64,000 bases of DNA from a virus, in the IMG/VR virus record IMGVR_UViG_3300042197_001567, positions 27,095 through 91,094 of that record, one strand, 5' to 3'. Below the pieces are notes generated by a model. It was not told where the DNA came from and made no database searches. It saw only the letters and a list, made by a program, of their open reading frames with translations. Each line of letters opens with the position of its first letter. Within the stretch, counting starts at the first letter, position 1. A program made the position numbers and the translations under genes. Positions 47,060 to 57,800 of this stretch are shown one piece after another.

Positions 47060-49153
47060 TTATTTTAACAACCTTTTCAAGTCTAATTTGAATCTTTGAT
47101 TTTTAGATAAATCCCTAATAATGTCTTGTGGTATATTAGATCCAAGATTATCCACACCATATTTTTTTCCAAACATATCAAATAAATTTAATATTTCTTG
47201 TGTGTTTTCGTCACCGATTAAAAAGTCACTATACTCTTGAAGTGATATGTTGGGGAATTGGATTCTTCCTTTGATAATATTTGGGTTGTCTAGTTTTAAT
47301 ATTTTAGAAGAAAATGTGATTGTTTGAGCTCCACTTTGTTTTCCCGTTCTTAACATGTCAGGTATTTTAGCGGCATTTATAAGAGCATCTTTATTGAAAT
47401 AAATCAATTCAATTTGATATGAATTTGGGTCTGGTACGCCGACAAGCATTCCGGTTATCTCACTCAACAGGTCGCCCAACATATCTTCACCAACATTTCT
47501 TATGTCTTGATTTTCATGTCTCAAAACTAAATCCACAAAGTTCGGGTATTTTGTCAAATCCATAAGAATTGCTTTGTTTTCTTCACTTCCATTATAATTT
47601 TTTATAAATAATTCAACAGACCTACGAACATTTTTTAATGAAATTTTTTCACTTTTGTTTCTTACAACCTTACAAGAAACTTTATCTCCAAATCTAGAAA
47701 CAACATCATAAGGGGAGTTTAACGCCGCCGCCATTTCACCTCCAAGTAAACCAGCAATAAGGGCTTCAAAATCATACCCCCTAGTTTTACTTTTAACCCA
47801 TCTTATATAATAATTATTAAATCTGTATCTAGATCTTTCAGAAACATTATTTAAGTCTAATGACATCAAACCAATTAAGGTTCTATCATAATTTAGATAA
47901 CCCCTCTCAATTGAACTTGTAATAATGTTGTTAATTGCATCGGTTGCCGCTTCACTATCTAAAGGGATCAGTCTGATTTTTTGAAGTTCCCTTTTCATTC
48001 TATTTTTTAGATCTAATTCTTGGTCGGTATCTTCTTTAAGTAATGTTCTTAAATAAGTTTCATTTAATTTCTTTTTTGTTTTTGAAACAAATAAATCATT
48101 AACAAATTCCCAGTTTACACTGTTCCAAAACTTTTTAATATATTGATCTCTTTTGTTTCTGTATCTTAAATAATATGCGTGTTCCCACAAATCCAAACCT
48201 AAAATAGGATAACCACCACCTTTTATAATGTTCATCAAAGGGTTGTCTTGATTTGGTGTCGACATTATTTTTAACTTATTACTTTTAGTTAAAACCAACC
48301 AAACCCATCCAGAACCAAAACGATCAAGTGCGACTTGGTTGAACTCGTCTTTCATTTTTTTTATGTTTCCAAAATCCTGATTAATCTTATTCAAAATTTC
48401 TTTCTTTGGTAATTGTTTTGTTGGTGACAACATTTTCCAAAACAATGCGTGATTAAAGGCTCCACCGGCATTATTTCTAACTTTTGTGTCATATAAACTA
48501 ATTGATCTAATTATTTCCTCAAGATCATCATATTTTCTTTTGGTATTTTTAAGAGCGTCGTTTAGTTTTTTCACATAAGTTTTGTAATGTTTGTTATAGT
48601 GGATATCCATAGTTTCCGGATCCACAAATTGTTTGATAGCAGAATAAGAATACGGTAATTTCTCAATACCAATTTGTTTCATTTCGTTTATAAATTCTTC
48701 TTGGATATTAATTTTTTCAGTTATTAAAATTTGTTCATTTAATAAATTTATTTTATTTTGAATTGATTCGTACATTAAAGGTTCTTTGATTGGATGATCT
48801 TTTTCAAACATTTTTAAAATTGACCCGGCTTTAGCACTTGCTTCATCCTCAATCGGTCCACCAATGTCTCCTGTTGGTTTTTTTCCTTTTGTGGTCATTT
48901 GCCATTCATGTATCCATTCATGAGCCAAAGTTCTTAATATGTCTCTATTGATTCTTTTCTTTGTGAAAACTTTAATTACTGATTTTGAATTTCTACTTCC
49001 AGTTGACATTTCACCAATTCTTTCACCAGTAAAAACAATACTCACATCATTTTTTAAAGGAAAATATTTTTGAAGGTATTTTATAAATTCATTTGATAAC
49101 TCAATATCCTTATCGGACATATCACATTCAATATGTTTGACTTTAACATTCAT
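47060..49153 (-). CDS. sod: three-domain protein: HExxH metallopeptidase-like + Fe/Mn superoxide dismutase + unknown C-terminal domain
   Basis: LAHEWIH..EDEA; LPYSY, HYNKH, NHALFW, FGSGWVWL, NQD, DLWEHAYY. Confidence 0.85.
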   Translation of the reverse strand: MNVKVKHIECDMSDKDIELSNEFIKYLQKYFPLKNDVSIVFTGERIGEMSTGSRNSKSVIKVFTKKRINRDILRTLAHEWIHEWQMTTKGKKPTGDIGGPIEDEASAKAGSILKMFEKDHPIKEPLMYESIQNKINLLNEQILITEKINIQEEFINEMKQIGIEKLPYSYSAIKQFVDPETMDIHYNKHYKTYVKKLNDALKNTKRKYDDLEEIIRSISLYDTKVRNNAGGAFNHALFWKMLSPTKQLPKKEILNKINQDFGNIKKMKDEFNQVALDRFGSGWVWLVLTKSNKLKIMSTPNQDNPLMNIIKGGGYPILGLDLWEHAYYLRYRNKRDQYIKKFWNSVNWEFVNDLFVSKTKKKLNETYLRTLLKEDTDQELDLKNRMKRELQKIRLIPLDSEAATDAINNIITSSIERGYLNYDRTLIGLMSLDLNNVSERSRYRFNNYYIRWVKSKTRGYDFEALIAGLLGGEMAAALNSPYDVVSRFGDKVSCKVVRNKSEKISLKNVRRSVELFIKNYNGSEENKAILMDLTKYPNFVDLVLRHENQDIRNVGEDMLGDLLSEITGMLVGVPDPNSYQIELIYFNKDALINAAKIPDMLRTGKQSGAQTITFSSKILKLDNPNIIKGRIQFPNISLQEYSDFLIGDENTQEILNLFDMFGKKYGVDNLGSNIPQDIIRDLSKNQRFKLDLKRLLK

Positions 49154-49176
49154 TGTTTATAAATACTTTGTAAAAT

Positions 49177-49206
49177 AAAAACCCCACTTGATTAGGTGGG
49201 GATTTT
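49177..49206 (-). terminator. intrinsic terminator
   Basis: Minus strand CCCCACCT-AATC-AAGTGGGG followed by a T run. Confidence 0.6.
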
Positions 49207-49229
49207 TAAAATTTAATTCGATGATACTA

Positions 49230-49556
49230 TTATCTTTTTCCTTTATATCTGATTCTTCCTTCTGCCATTGTTGGAAGATCCATTTGTGAAGTTGGTATTT
49301 CAGTTTTAGTTACTTGAGCAACTCCCTGAAATGCAGGAAAAAATTCTTTTACAAATTTATTAAATGGTAGGGTATCCATTGCGTTTGACAAACACATGTT
49401 AGCATCAAACTTATCTCCACCACAACCTTGTATTTCTGAAACACCTTCGATTTCACCTAGTTTATTTACCGGACTTAAATCCATTTCATCTTCTTTGATA
49501 ACTCGTCTAACTAATTTAGACATGTCTCTTTCTGTAATTCTTTTAACTATTTTCAT
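49230..49556 (-). CDS. putative internal head protein
   Basis: MKIVKRITERDMSKLVRRVIKED motif. Confidence 0.55.
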   Translation of the reverse strand: MKIVKRITERDMSKLVRRVIKEDEMDLSPVNKLGEIEGVSEIQGCGGDKFDANMCLSNAMDTLPFNKFVKEFFPAFQGVAQVTKTEIPTSQMDLPTMAEGRIRYKGKR

Positions 49557-49569
49557 AATTCATTTATTT

Positions 49570-49995
49570 TTATCTTGGAGTGAAGAAAATTGGATCTGAC
49601 TCCATTACTTTTATGCCTAATTGAGTGGTATATGTTACTTTAGCTCTATAATAACCCTCAACTGTTGCTGTATAACTACTGTAAATTGCCCCAGAAATAA
49701 CTTCAGCCTCCAAATACCATTCCCACGTTGTTGACGTAACTATAATTGGAAATTGAGTTGGGGCCATAGCGTAAAAGGTGTCATGGTCTAAATTCACATA
49801 TAATGAATTTCCAAAGACCAAATTTAATACTGCCGACTTTAAATCATCTATTTGTCCTTGAAGATTTATATCTACTTGATCGTTTTGAGAATCTTCAGTT
49901 GATATTTTGGCTTCTAACGAAACATCTATTGAATCTAAAGATTGTATTTCTTCTGGTAATCCGTTTACTTGACTTTGGTCTAATTTTGTTGGCAT
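49570..49995 (-). CDS. hypothetical protein (short coiled coil plus beta domain)
   Basis: 141 aa ORF preceded by TATTTATT. Confidence 0.6.
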   Translation of the reverse strand: MPTKLDQSQVNGLPEEIQSLDSIDVSLEAKISTEDSQNDQVDINLQGQIDDLKSAVLNLVFGNSLYVNLDHDTFYAMAPTQFPIIVTSTTWEWYLEAEVISGAIYSSYTATVEGYYRAKVTYTTQLGIKVMESDPIFFTPR

Positions 49996-50019
49996 ATTTA
50001 TTTTTTTTTTAAATAAATA

Positions 50020-52920
50020 TCACCTTTTATTAATTAGATTTAAAATTTCTTCGACAACATCACCAAAATTATTATTTTCTTGGTCTCCCATAACAGTTCG
50101 TATAATTTGTTTTTTGTTATTTAGAATATCATATATTACACCCTCAATAGTGTTTTCAAACAAAGGATAATATACAAGTACATTAGATTTTTGACCATAC
50201 CTATATGCTCGATCTTCTGCCTGTGCGTGTTCGGCAGGCACAAAAGATAAGTCGTTCATGATTACAACTTCTGCTGATGTTAAAGTTAAACCAACTCCAG
50301 CAGCTTTTAAATTACCAACAAATACTTTAATTTTTTCGTCATTTTGAAATGAATCTACGGCTTGTTGACGAACCGAATTACTACAACTACCGTCAAGATA
50401 AACAGCCTGTTTTCCAAAATGTTGGTATATGGTTTGTAGTGTGTCTGTGAAGTTTGTGAATATAATAACTTTCTTTCCTTGTTCTAAAATATTTTCAGCA
50501 AATTCTATAGTTTGATTTGCTTTTTCATTTGCGATTACCTTTCTAACTTTCATTAGTTTTGAAAACTGAACAGTAAGTGATGAAGACTCATCTGGGTTTT
50601 TATCATACCATTCATAATATTCACCCATAAGATTTTCATACTCTTTTGATTTCAATCTCAAATAAACCGATGTGATAATTTTATCCGGTAAATCTAACAC
50701 ATCTTCTTTAAGTCTTCGTAATATTTGACCAGACGTTCTATCTCGAAGTTCTTCAAGATTTGATGCTCCAGTAACGTTCCACACTTTTCTATTTCCAGCC
50801 CTAAATTGATATCCCTGACAATAACGAATAGCATATGCCATCCAGTTTTGAGCTACCGGACTTTCTATGATATTTAAAAGGTTATAATAATTAATAGGTC
50901 TGGATGTCATAGGTGTTCCAGTTAACAACCACACTCTATTAATTTTTTTAACGAAACTATTGACCAATTTTGTTCTTTGTGCTTGAGCGTTTGATATCAT
51001 ATGTGCTTCATCTAAAATTACTAAATCGAAATTAGACTGATTTAATAGTGACTCATCTTTCTTTTTTGGATCTATATCGTGAAAGTTTTTTAAAATGTCA
51101 TAATTAACAATTACAAAATCAGAATCAGTTGAATATTTTTTTCCTTCAGCAATAAAAACACTTCGATCTGAATAATTTGCAATCTCTCTTTGCCAGTTAA
51201 TCTTCAATGATGCGGGACAAATAATTAATATTTTTTTTGCATGTGTTTCAAGTGCTGCGATTATTGTTGATGTTGTATTATGTGTAACAATAGCGTTTTC
51301 AGTAACATACAATTTATCTGGTGAATTAACAGAAATACAAACCGCTTCACCAACACATTCATATTTAATATCTTTGATATATCTACCAACTTTATATTTT
51401 TTTGGGTTATTATATAAATTAAATTTTCTTTTAAGTTTGAACGGATTCATATCTTCTGGTAATTTAATATTTACCCTATAAGATTTTTTACATTCTTTTT
51501 TGATACCTTTATGTCTATACCAAGTTTTTCGTGATTTTTTTCTTGCAATACCACCTAAACTATTAACAATTTCAATAACATCATTACATAATTTTTCAGA
51601 TGTTGTTGAAAATTCAGTCCCTTCAAAGCACCCTTTTTTAATAACTGAACAAGTTCCATCAGTATCCATCAAACCTTTTATAATTTCTAATCTTGATTCA
51701 ATTGATGAGTATTTGTATATGTTTGGAATAAATTTATTTTCTGATCCACAACCCATTAAATTTAATTCTTTTAAAATTTGTATAACTTCATTTTTGTGTC
51801 CATTTATTTTTGTTATTCTATAACCATACTTTGAATTATTATTTTTGATAATTTGTGTATTTTTTGGTAGAATATTTATAATATACTCAACAATTTCATC
51901 ATCTTTTGTTGTAAAACTAATACCTTTTTGTGTTATACCACCATCACCTAAAATAAGACCTAATAAATATGGGTTAAGTGGTAAACTATTATGATTAAAT
52001 TCTATTGGTTTTACAATAGGAATTTGCCATTTATTGTTACCATTTTTTTCTTTAAAAAATGTTTTATAGTTATATGTCCTATTTTTATTATTCTGTGAAC
52101 CATTAATCCCAAGAGTTAAGTTTTCGTCTAACATTTGTTCAACCGATAATACAATAGATTCTTTATTTCTTTTATTTTTAGTATTATCACCAAAACTTCT
52201 TGATTTAACAGAAAATAAATGCTCTTTACAAACTAAAACAGAAGAATCGTCATTAAACGTGACTCTATATAAATCTTTAATTCCTTGAGGATAAACACCT
52301 CTAACTAAACATTTTTTACCATCACTACCAATTACTTCATCACCAACAATCAAATCCCCTATTTTTTTTCTACCATTAGGGGTAAATACTCTGTTTTCAA
52401 CGAATTCCGCTTTGCCAAGTCCCATATCATCTGCTAAAATGTACCTTTTAGACCCTACCAATTTTTCAATTGCTTCTTTTTGATGACTTAATGGTGGCCT
52501 ATGTGAATATTTTGAATAATCGATTTCTACTTTTTGTACGTTATGTGTTTTAATAAGAGAAGACTTTGGAACCCAGAATTCACTTAAAACATCATTTTCA
52601 AAAAACTTACCCCATACATGATATGATTTATCTTTTTCAACCAATAACTTTTCAATATAAACTTGTGTTGGTGTTTGTAAAAAATATTTATCCTTTGCAA
52701 ATTTTTCAGCAAAATATGTATCAAGAGCAACCCACTTACGAGCAACTTTTGGTTTTACATCAAAATAATTAATTATATAGTCTGCTTGAGTTCGTGTTGG
52801 AAAAAACTTTTTATTGGTTTCTTTTTTTGTTTTTAGATATAATATATAGTTATTAGCCCCACTATACGAATCTAGAAGGTCCAAAGCTTTAACTTCAATT
52901 ATATTTTTAGTTTGTTCCAA
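50020..52920 (-). CDS. SNF2/HARP-like helicase containing an intein (probable TTG start at 52920)
   Basis: LADDMGLGK^T, CPASLK.NW, DEAH, LTGTP, GVGLTL, QAEDRAYR. Confidence 0.9.
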   Translation of the reverse strand: MEQTKNIIEVKALDLLDSYSGANNYILYLKTKKETNKKFFPTRTQADYIINYFDVKPKVARKWVALDTYFAEKFAKDKYFLQTPTQVYIEKLLVEKDKSYHVWGKFFENDVLSEFWVPKSSLIKTHNVQKVEIDYSKYSHRPPLSHQKEAIEKLVGSKRYILADDMGLGKAEFVENRVFTPNGRKKIGDLIVGDEVIGSDGKKCLVRGVYPQGIKDLYRVTFNDDSSVLVCKEHLFSVKSRSFGDNTKNKRNKESIVLSVEQMLDENLTLGINGSQNNKNRTYNYKTFFKEKNGNNKWQIPIVKPIEFNHNSLPLNPYLLGLILGDGGITQKGISFTTKDDEIVEYIINILPKNTQIIKNNNSKYGYRITKINGHKNEVIQILKELNLMGCGSENKFIPNIYKYSSIESRLEIIKGLMDTDGTCSVIKKGCFEGTEFSTTSEKLCNDVIEIVNSLGGIARKKSRKTWYRHKGIKKECKKSYRVNIKLPEDMNPFKLKRKFNLYNNPKKYKVGRYIKDIKYECVGEAVCISVNSPDKLYVTENAIVTHNTTSTIIAALETHAKKILIICPASLKINWQREIANYSDRSVFIAEGKKYSTDSDFVIVNYDILKNFHDIDPKKKDESLLNQSNFDLVILDEAHMISNAQAQRTKLVNSFVKKINRVWLLTGTPMTSRPINYYNLLNIIESPVAQNWMAYAIRYCQGYQFRAGNRKVWNVTGASNLEELRDRTSGQILRRLKEDVLDLPDKIITSVYLRLKSKEYENLMGEYYEWYDKNPDESSSLTVQFSKLMKVRKVIANEKANQTIEFAENILEQGKKVIIFTNFTDTLQTIYQHFGKQAVYLDGSCSNSVRQQAVDSFQNDEKIKVFVGNLKAAGVGLTLTSAEVVIMNDLSFVPAEHAQAEDRAYRYGQKSNVLVYYPLFENTIEGVIYDILNNKKQIIRTVMGDQENNNFGDVVEEILNLINKR
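51277..52410 (-). mobile_element. intein with LAGLIDADG endonuclease, 378 aa, Ala1
   Basis: Splits Walker A GK|T; begins AEFVENRVFTPNG, ends IVTHN; YLLGLILGDG and IKGLMDTDG. Confidence 0.92.
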
Positions 52921-52976
52921 TTTCTTAATATAAATAAAAATAATCATAAAAAGTATATTTATCAAGAAAACAACCT

Positions 52977-53489
52977 ATGACAAACAGAGTTCCAATTACA
53001 AGACTGGGTAAATTTTTTGGTGAAAACGATTTCAATCTAGAAATTGAAATGGGACAAGAGTGGTTAGATGGTGATATGAACTACACTTGTGTATTATATA
53101 GGGTAGACAAGAACAAAACAAAAACCGATGATGTTTATGGTGAGGCGGTTAGTGATGGTGTTAAATTTTTACCTCCGGTTGAATTTTATGCATATGTTGC
53201 AATTGCCGCTCCTGAAAACAGAAATGTTGGATCAACAAAAAACGTTCAGTTGGAACCGGGGAACATTACAATTTCTGTTTATTTAAAAACATTAGAAGAT
53301 TTAGAAATAGACATCGATCTTGGAGATTATATTGGGTATTACGATACAGAAAGTTTTGTTAGATATTATACCGTTGTAAATGATGGTAGAGTTGTGTCTG
53401 ACATTAAACACACCTATAAAGGTTATCGTCCGTTTTATAAAACAATAATTGCGGCCCCAGTTGGTCCGAACGAATTTAGAGGATTTTAA
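52977..53489 (+). CDS. head-closure/neck protein (gp14-like)
   Basis: LYRVD..TDDVYGE..GDYI; position before the tail genes. Confidence 0.5.
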   Translation: MTNRVPITRLGKFFGENDFNLEIEMGQEWLDGDMNYTCVLYRVDKNKTKTDDVYGEAVSDGVKFLPPVEFYAYVAIAAPENRNVGSTKNVQLEPGNITISVYLKTLEDLEIDIDLGDYIGYYDTESFVRYYTVVNDGRVVSDIKHTYKGYRPFYKTIIAAPVGPNEFRGF

Positions 53490-53494
53490 ATAAT

Positions 53495-54532
53495 ATGGCA
53501 TTTCCTAAAAAAATAAAAAAATTTATTCCATTAACCGAACCTAAAACTCTTTTACCACGAAGAAGGGAGCTTCGAGATATGATTGAACAGGATGGAACGT
53601 TTCTTCCTAAAAGTTTATTACATGCAGATTTGGACAGAGGATTTTTGGATTTTGTAAGAGATGAGTTGAAATGTGTTGTGGAAGGGAAAACTGTACCGAT
53701 GATCGATATTTTAATCACAACACAAAATTGGGCACAATTTACGGAAACATGGGATTTTCAAAATATCGACAAAAACACTGAACCCCCATTTATAACAGTA
53801 ATTAGAACACCTGAAGTTAAGTACGGTAATAACCCAGCAATTGTTTATAATATTCCAAATAGAAAATTGTATTTCTATATGAAAGTTCCAACCTGGGACG
53901 GAAACAAAAATGGATTTGACATTTATAAAATACCACAACCCGTACCTGTTGATATAACTTATACAATTGCAATTGTTTGTAATAGAATGAGAGAGATTAA
54001 TAAGTTTAATCAAATAATGATGGAAAAATTTGCGTCACTTCAGGCGTATCAAAATATTAAAGGTCATTATATTCCTTTAAAACTTAATAGTGTTAGTGAT
54101 GAATCAGTAATGGAAGTTGAAAAAAGAAAATATTACATTCAAAAATATGAAGTTTTAATGATGGGATTTCTAATAGATGAAGATCAGTTTGAAGTAAGTC
54201 CTGCGATTACAAGAACTTTTCAAATTTATGAAACCGAAACAAAATACAAAAAAAGAAAATATAATTCTAAAGTTCCACCTGAACCACCAGTTTACGATTT
54301 AATATTTCCAACAACATCCGATGAGATTGAAGAATTATTCAATTACAATCTGAATTTAATTTTAACTTTTACTGAAAACGTAAGTTCATTTCAAGTTTAT
54401 ATAAATGATGACTATTATGGAGACACATTAGATACAATACAAGTTAGTAGTGGAGACACAATTAGATTTCAAATTGTTAGAGTGGACGCAACAAAAGTTG
54501 CTAAATTAACATATACCCAAAGTATACTTTAA
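53495..54532 (+). CDS. tail completion/terminator protein (gp15-like)
   Basis: PFITVIR, PQPVPVDITY; immediately upstream of the sheath gene. Confidence 0.5.
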   Translation: MAFPKKIKKFIPLTEPKTLLPRRRELRDMIEQDGTFLPKSLLHADLDRGFLDFVRDELKCVVEGKTVPMIDILITTQNWAQFTETWDFQNIDKNTEPPFITVIRTPEVKYGNNPAIVYNIPNRKLYFYMKVPTWDGNKNGFDIYKIPQPVPVDITYTIAIVCNRMREINKFNQIMMEKFASLQAYQNIKGHYIPLKLNSVSDESVMEVEKRKYYIQKYEVLMMGFLIDEDQFEVSPAITRTFQIYETETKYKKRKYNSKVPPEPPVYDLIFPTTSDEIEELFNYNLNLILTFTENVSSFQVYINDDYYGDTLDTIQVSSGDTIRFQIVRVDATKVAKLTYTQSIL

Positions 54533-54533
54533 T

Positions 54534-54695
54534 TTATTCTCCATATATATCTTTTTTTTCTTTACACTTTTCCATGATTAAAGATTCCAAAAACTTATAC
54601 ATTTTTAATCCGCGTTTATCACAATAACGTTTCAAAACATCATGGACATCCTTATCTATCTTTAAATTTTTAATCTTCTTGGTATCTTTATTCAT
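54534..54695 (-). CDS. small ribbon-helix-helix-like DNA-binding protein
   Basis: KNLKIDKDVHDVLKRYCDKRGLKMYKFLESLI. Confidence 0.6.
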   Translation of the reverse strand: MNKDTKKIKNLKIDKDVHDVLKRYCDKRGLKMYKFLESLIMEKCKEKKDIYGE

Positions 54696-54815
54696 AGGTA
54701 GAAAAAAGGCAGAAAAAAATCTTACCAAAATATAAATACTTTTTTTTAAGTAAAGTTTTTGCTTAAAAAGATAATATTTATAAGAAAATAAATAAAAACT
54801 AAATTATTATTAAAC

Positions 54816-57800
54816 ATGGCTACTAACAGTAAAATATTTGTATCACCTGGAGTGTATACATCTGAAGTAGATTTGAGTTTTGTTGCTCAAAGTGTTGGTG
54901 TGACTACTCTTGGTATTGTTGGTGAAACTCAAAAGGGACCAGCGTTTGAACCAATTTTTGTGAGAAACTTTGACGAGTTTACACAATACTTTGGTGGAAC
55001 GTCACCTGAAAAGTTCATCGGAACACAAATCCCAAAGTATGAAGCATCTTACATTGCTAAAGCATACCTTTCTCAATCTAATCAATTATTTGTTACAAGA
55101 ATACTAGGTTTGTCCGGATATGACGCTGGACCATCTTGGTCTATTATGACAAAAGCAAATCTTGATCCATCAACACTAGACTATTGGTGTTTGAGTGGTG
55201 TAACACCAAGTGGAACTTGTGAACCAATTTGTGTTGTTAAAAAAGAATTACCTTTAATGGTAGATTTCAGTGCTTGTACAGATGGTACCGTAGCATATAA
55301 TTTGAACGGATCATCATTCCCTTCATTCATTAATATTGATGAGTTATACGAAACATTCCAAGGAGGAACATCAACATTAAGAGATGATATTGATCAAATG
55401 ATTTTAGATATTATTAATGATTCAAATCCATATTTGGCGGAAGATCAGTACATTAATTATTTTGGTTCAATTCCAAAAGTTGATTATACATTCTTAACCG
55501 CTAATGGTTATACAGCATCAACTAATGTATTTGGTGTTGATAATGTTTCTTTTGAAGATTCTAACCCATCTTCAGGATTAAACGATCCTTGGTATTATGC
55601 TTCATTTGATAACATTGGTAATTCACAATATAGTGGTTATTCATTCTTTACTACAGTAACAGGTATTACTCATTTGAATCCAATTACAACATCAACAACA
55701 ACTGGTGTTCCACCTACAACAACTACAACAACAACTAACCCTTGTGTTACCCCAACACCTATTACCACAACTACAACAACAGCACCTTTAATTATTGATT
55801 GTTATGCTGGTACCGTCGTTGGTATGATTTATTATTTTACAGGTACATCATATACTCAATATGATGATCTAGTTGTTTGTACATTAAGAAGTAGAGGTTT
55901 ATCAACTTACTCTGACGAAATTAATCCTGTATTTGAAGTTACAGGAACTTCACAAGTAACTTATGATATGACTGGAGAATATAGTGGTGTTTTGAAAAAC
56001 CCATTCTTACCATTCGAAATTCAAGCAATTAATAATGATGGTACTGTATTTAATTTTGAAGTTTCATTAAGTGTGTCAGATGCTAACAACGTAAGTAAAG
56101 TATTTGGTAGAGGAAACTTTGACAAACCAAGAACTTCAGTTCCATTAATGGTTGAAGAACTTTACAGTACATTATTAACTTATGGTTGGAACAAAGGATT
56201 TATTAGAGGATTAAGTCCTGTTGTCGTATCTTCGGACGGAGCTCAAGCTAATGATCCAAAAACTATTGGTTGGTACATGGAAAGATTCCAGTCACCAAGT
56301 TCACCGTGGGTGGTATCTGAATTAAGAGGTTCAAAAGTTTATAACTTATTCAAATTCTTTACAATTTCTGATGGTAATAGTGCTAACACTGAAGTTAAAA
56401 TTTCATTATCTGATCTATCATTCAATAACGAAACATTTACTGTACTAGTAAGAGATTATTTTGACACTGATTCTAACCCTGTAGTTCTCGAGAAATTCAC
56501 TAATTGTTCAATGAACCCAGAAGAAAATAACTTTATCGCTAAAAAAATCGGTACATTAGATGGTGAATATGAATTAAGATCTAAATATATTTTAATCGAA
56601 ATGAACCCAGACGCACCGGTTGATGCAATCCCTTGTGGTTTTGAAGGTTATACATTTAGAGAATACGCAGCAGGAAGATCACCATATCCTGTTTACAAAA
56701 CAAAATATTTCTTACCTGGTGAACAAGTTTACAACCCACCATTCGGTACAACGACTGGTCAAGACGATGCGTTCGTTAGTGCTGGTGATAACGTAAGAAA
56801 AACTTATTTAGGTTTAGGTTCTTACTGGGGTTATGATTCTGACTTCTTCCAATATAAAGGAAAAGTAAAACCATTTGATTTATGTAATGGTGATGGAACT
56901 GAATGGAACTTTAGAACAAAAGGTTTCCATATGGACCAATTTGCTAGTGGAATTACAATTTCATCTGGTTTTGCGTCTAGTGGAACACCGGCTTATGAAG
57001 TAGGTTCTACATCATTCTCTTCTGAACCACAAGATCCTACCGATCCATATTACAGATTAATTGCTCGTAAATTTACAGTGTTTGTTTATGGTGGATTTGA
57101 CGGATGGGATATATATAGAGAATTTAGAACAAATGCCGACAAATTTGCACTTGGTAGAAGTGGATTCTTAAATGGAGCTTGTTCCTCATTAAGATACCCT
57201 AAAGGTAAAGGAAATGGTCTATTTAAACAAATTTCAATTGGTGACGGTACAATCGAATACGGAAATACTGATTACTACGCATATTTGTTAGGACAAAGAA
57301 CATTTGCTAATCCTGAAGCAGTTAACATCAATGTATTTACAACACCGGGTATTGATATTCAAAATAACTCTGATCTTGTTGAACAAGCTATTAGTATGGT
57401 TGAAGAAGATAGAGCGGATTCATTGTATATCGCAACTTTACCTGACTACAATATGTTTGTTGCTACAACTACGGAAGGTGATAACATGATTTATCCACAA
57501 GAAGCGGTTGATATTGTTGAAGAAACTGGTATCGACTCTAACTATACCGCAACTTATTATCCATGGGTATTAACAAGAGATAGTGTTAATAATACACAAC
57601 TTTATATTCCAGCAACCGCTGAAGTAACAAGAAACTTGGCCCTTACAGATAATATCGCATTCCCTTGGTTCGCAGCAGCAGGTTACACTCGTGGTATTGT
57701 TAACTCAATTAAGGCACGTAAGAAGTTAACACAACAAGATAGAGATGTTCTTTATTTAGGAAGAGTTAACCCAATTGCAACATTTGCTGATGTGGGTACT

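Noticed and set aside
3814-54738. Canonical T4 late promoters TATAAATA
   Set aside because: The intergenic copies examined point away from the adjacent gene start; the functional orientation appears to be TATTTATA
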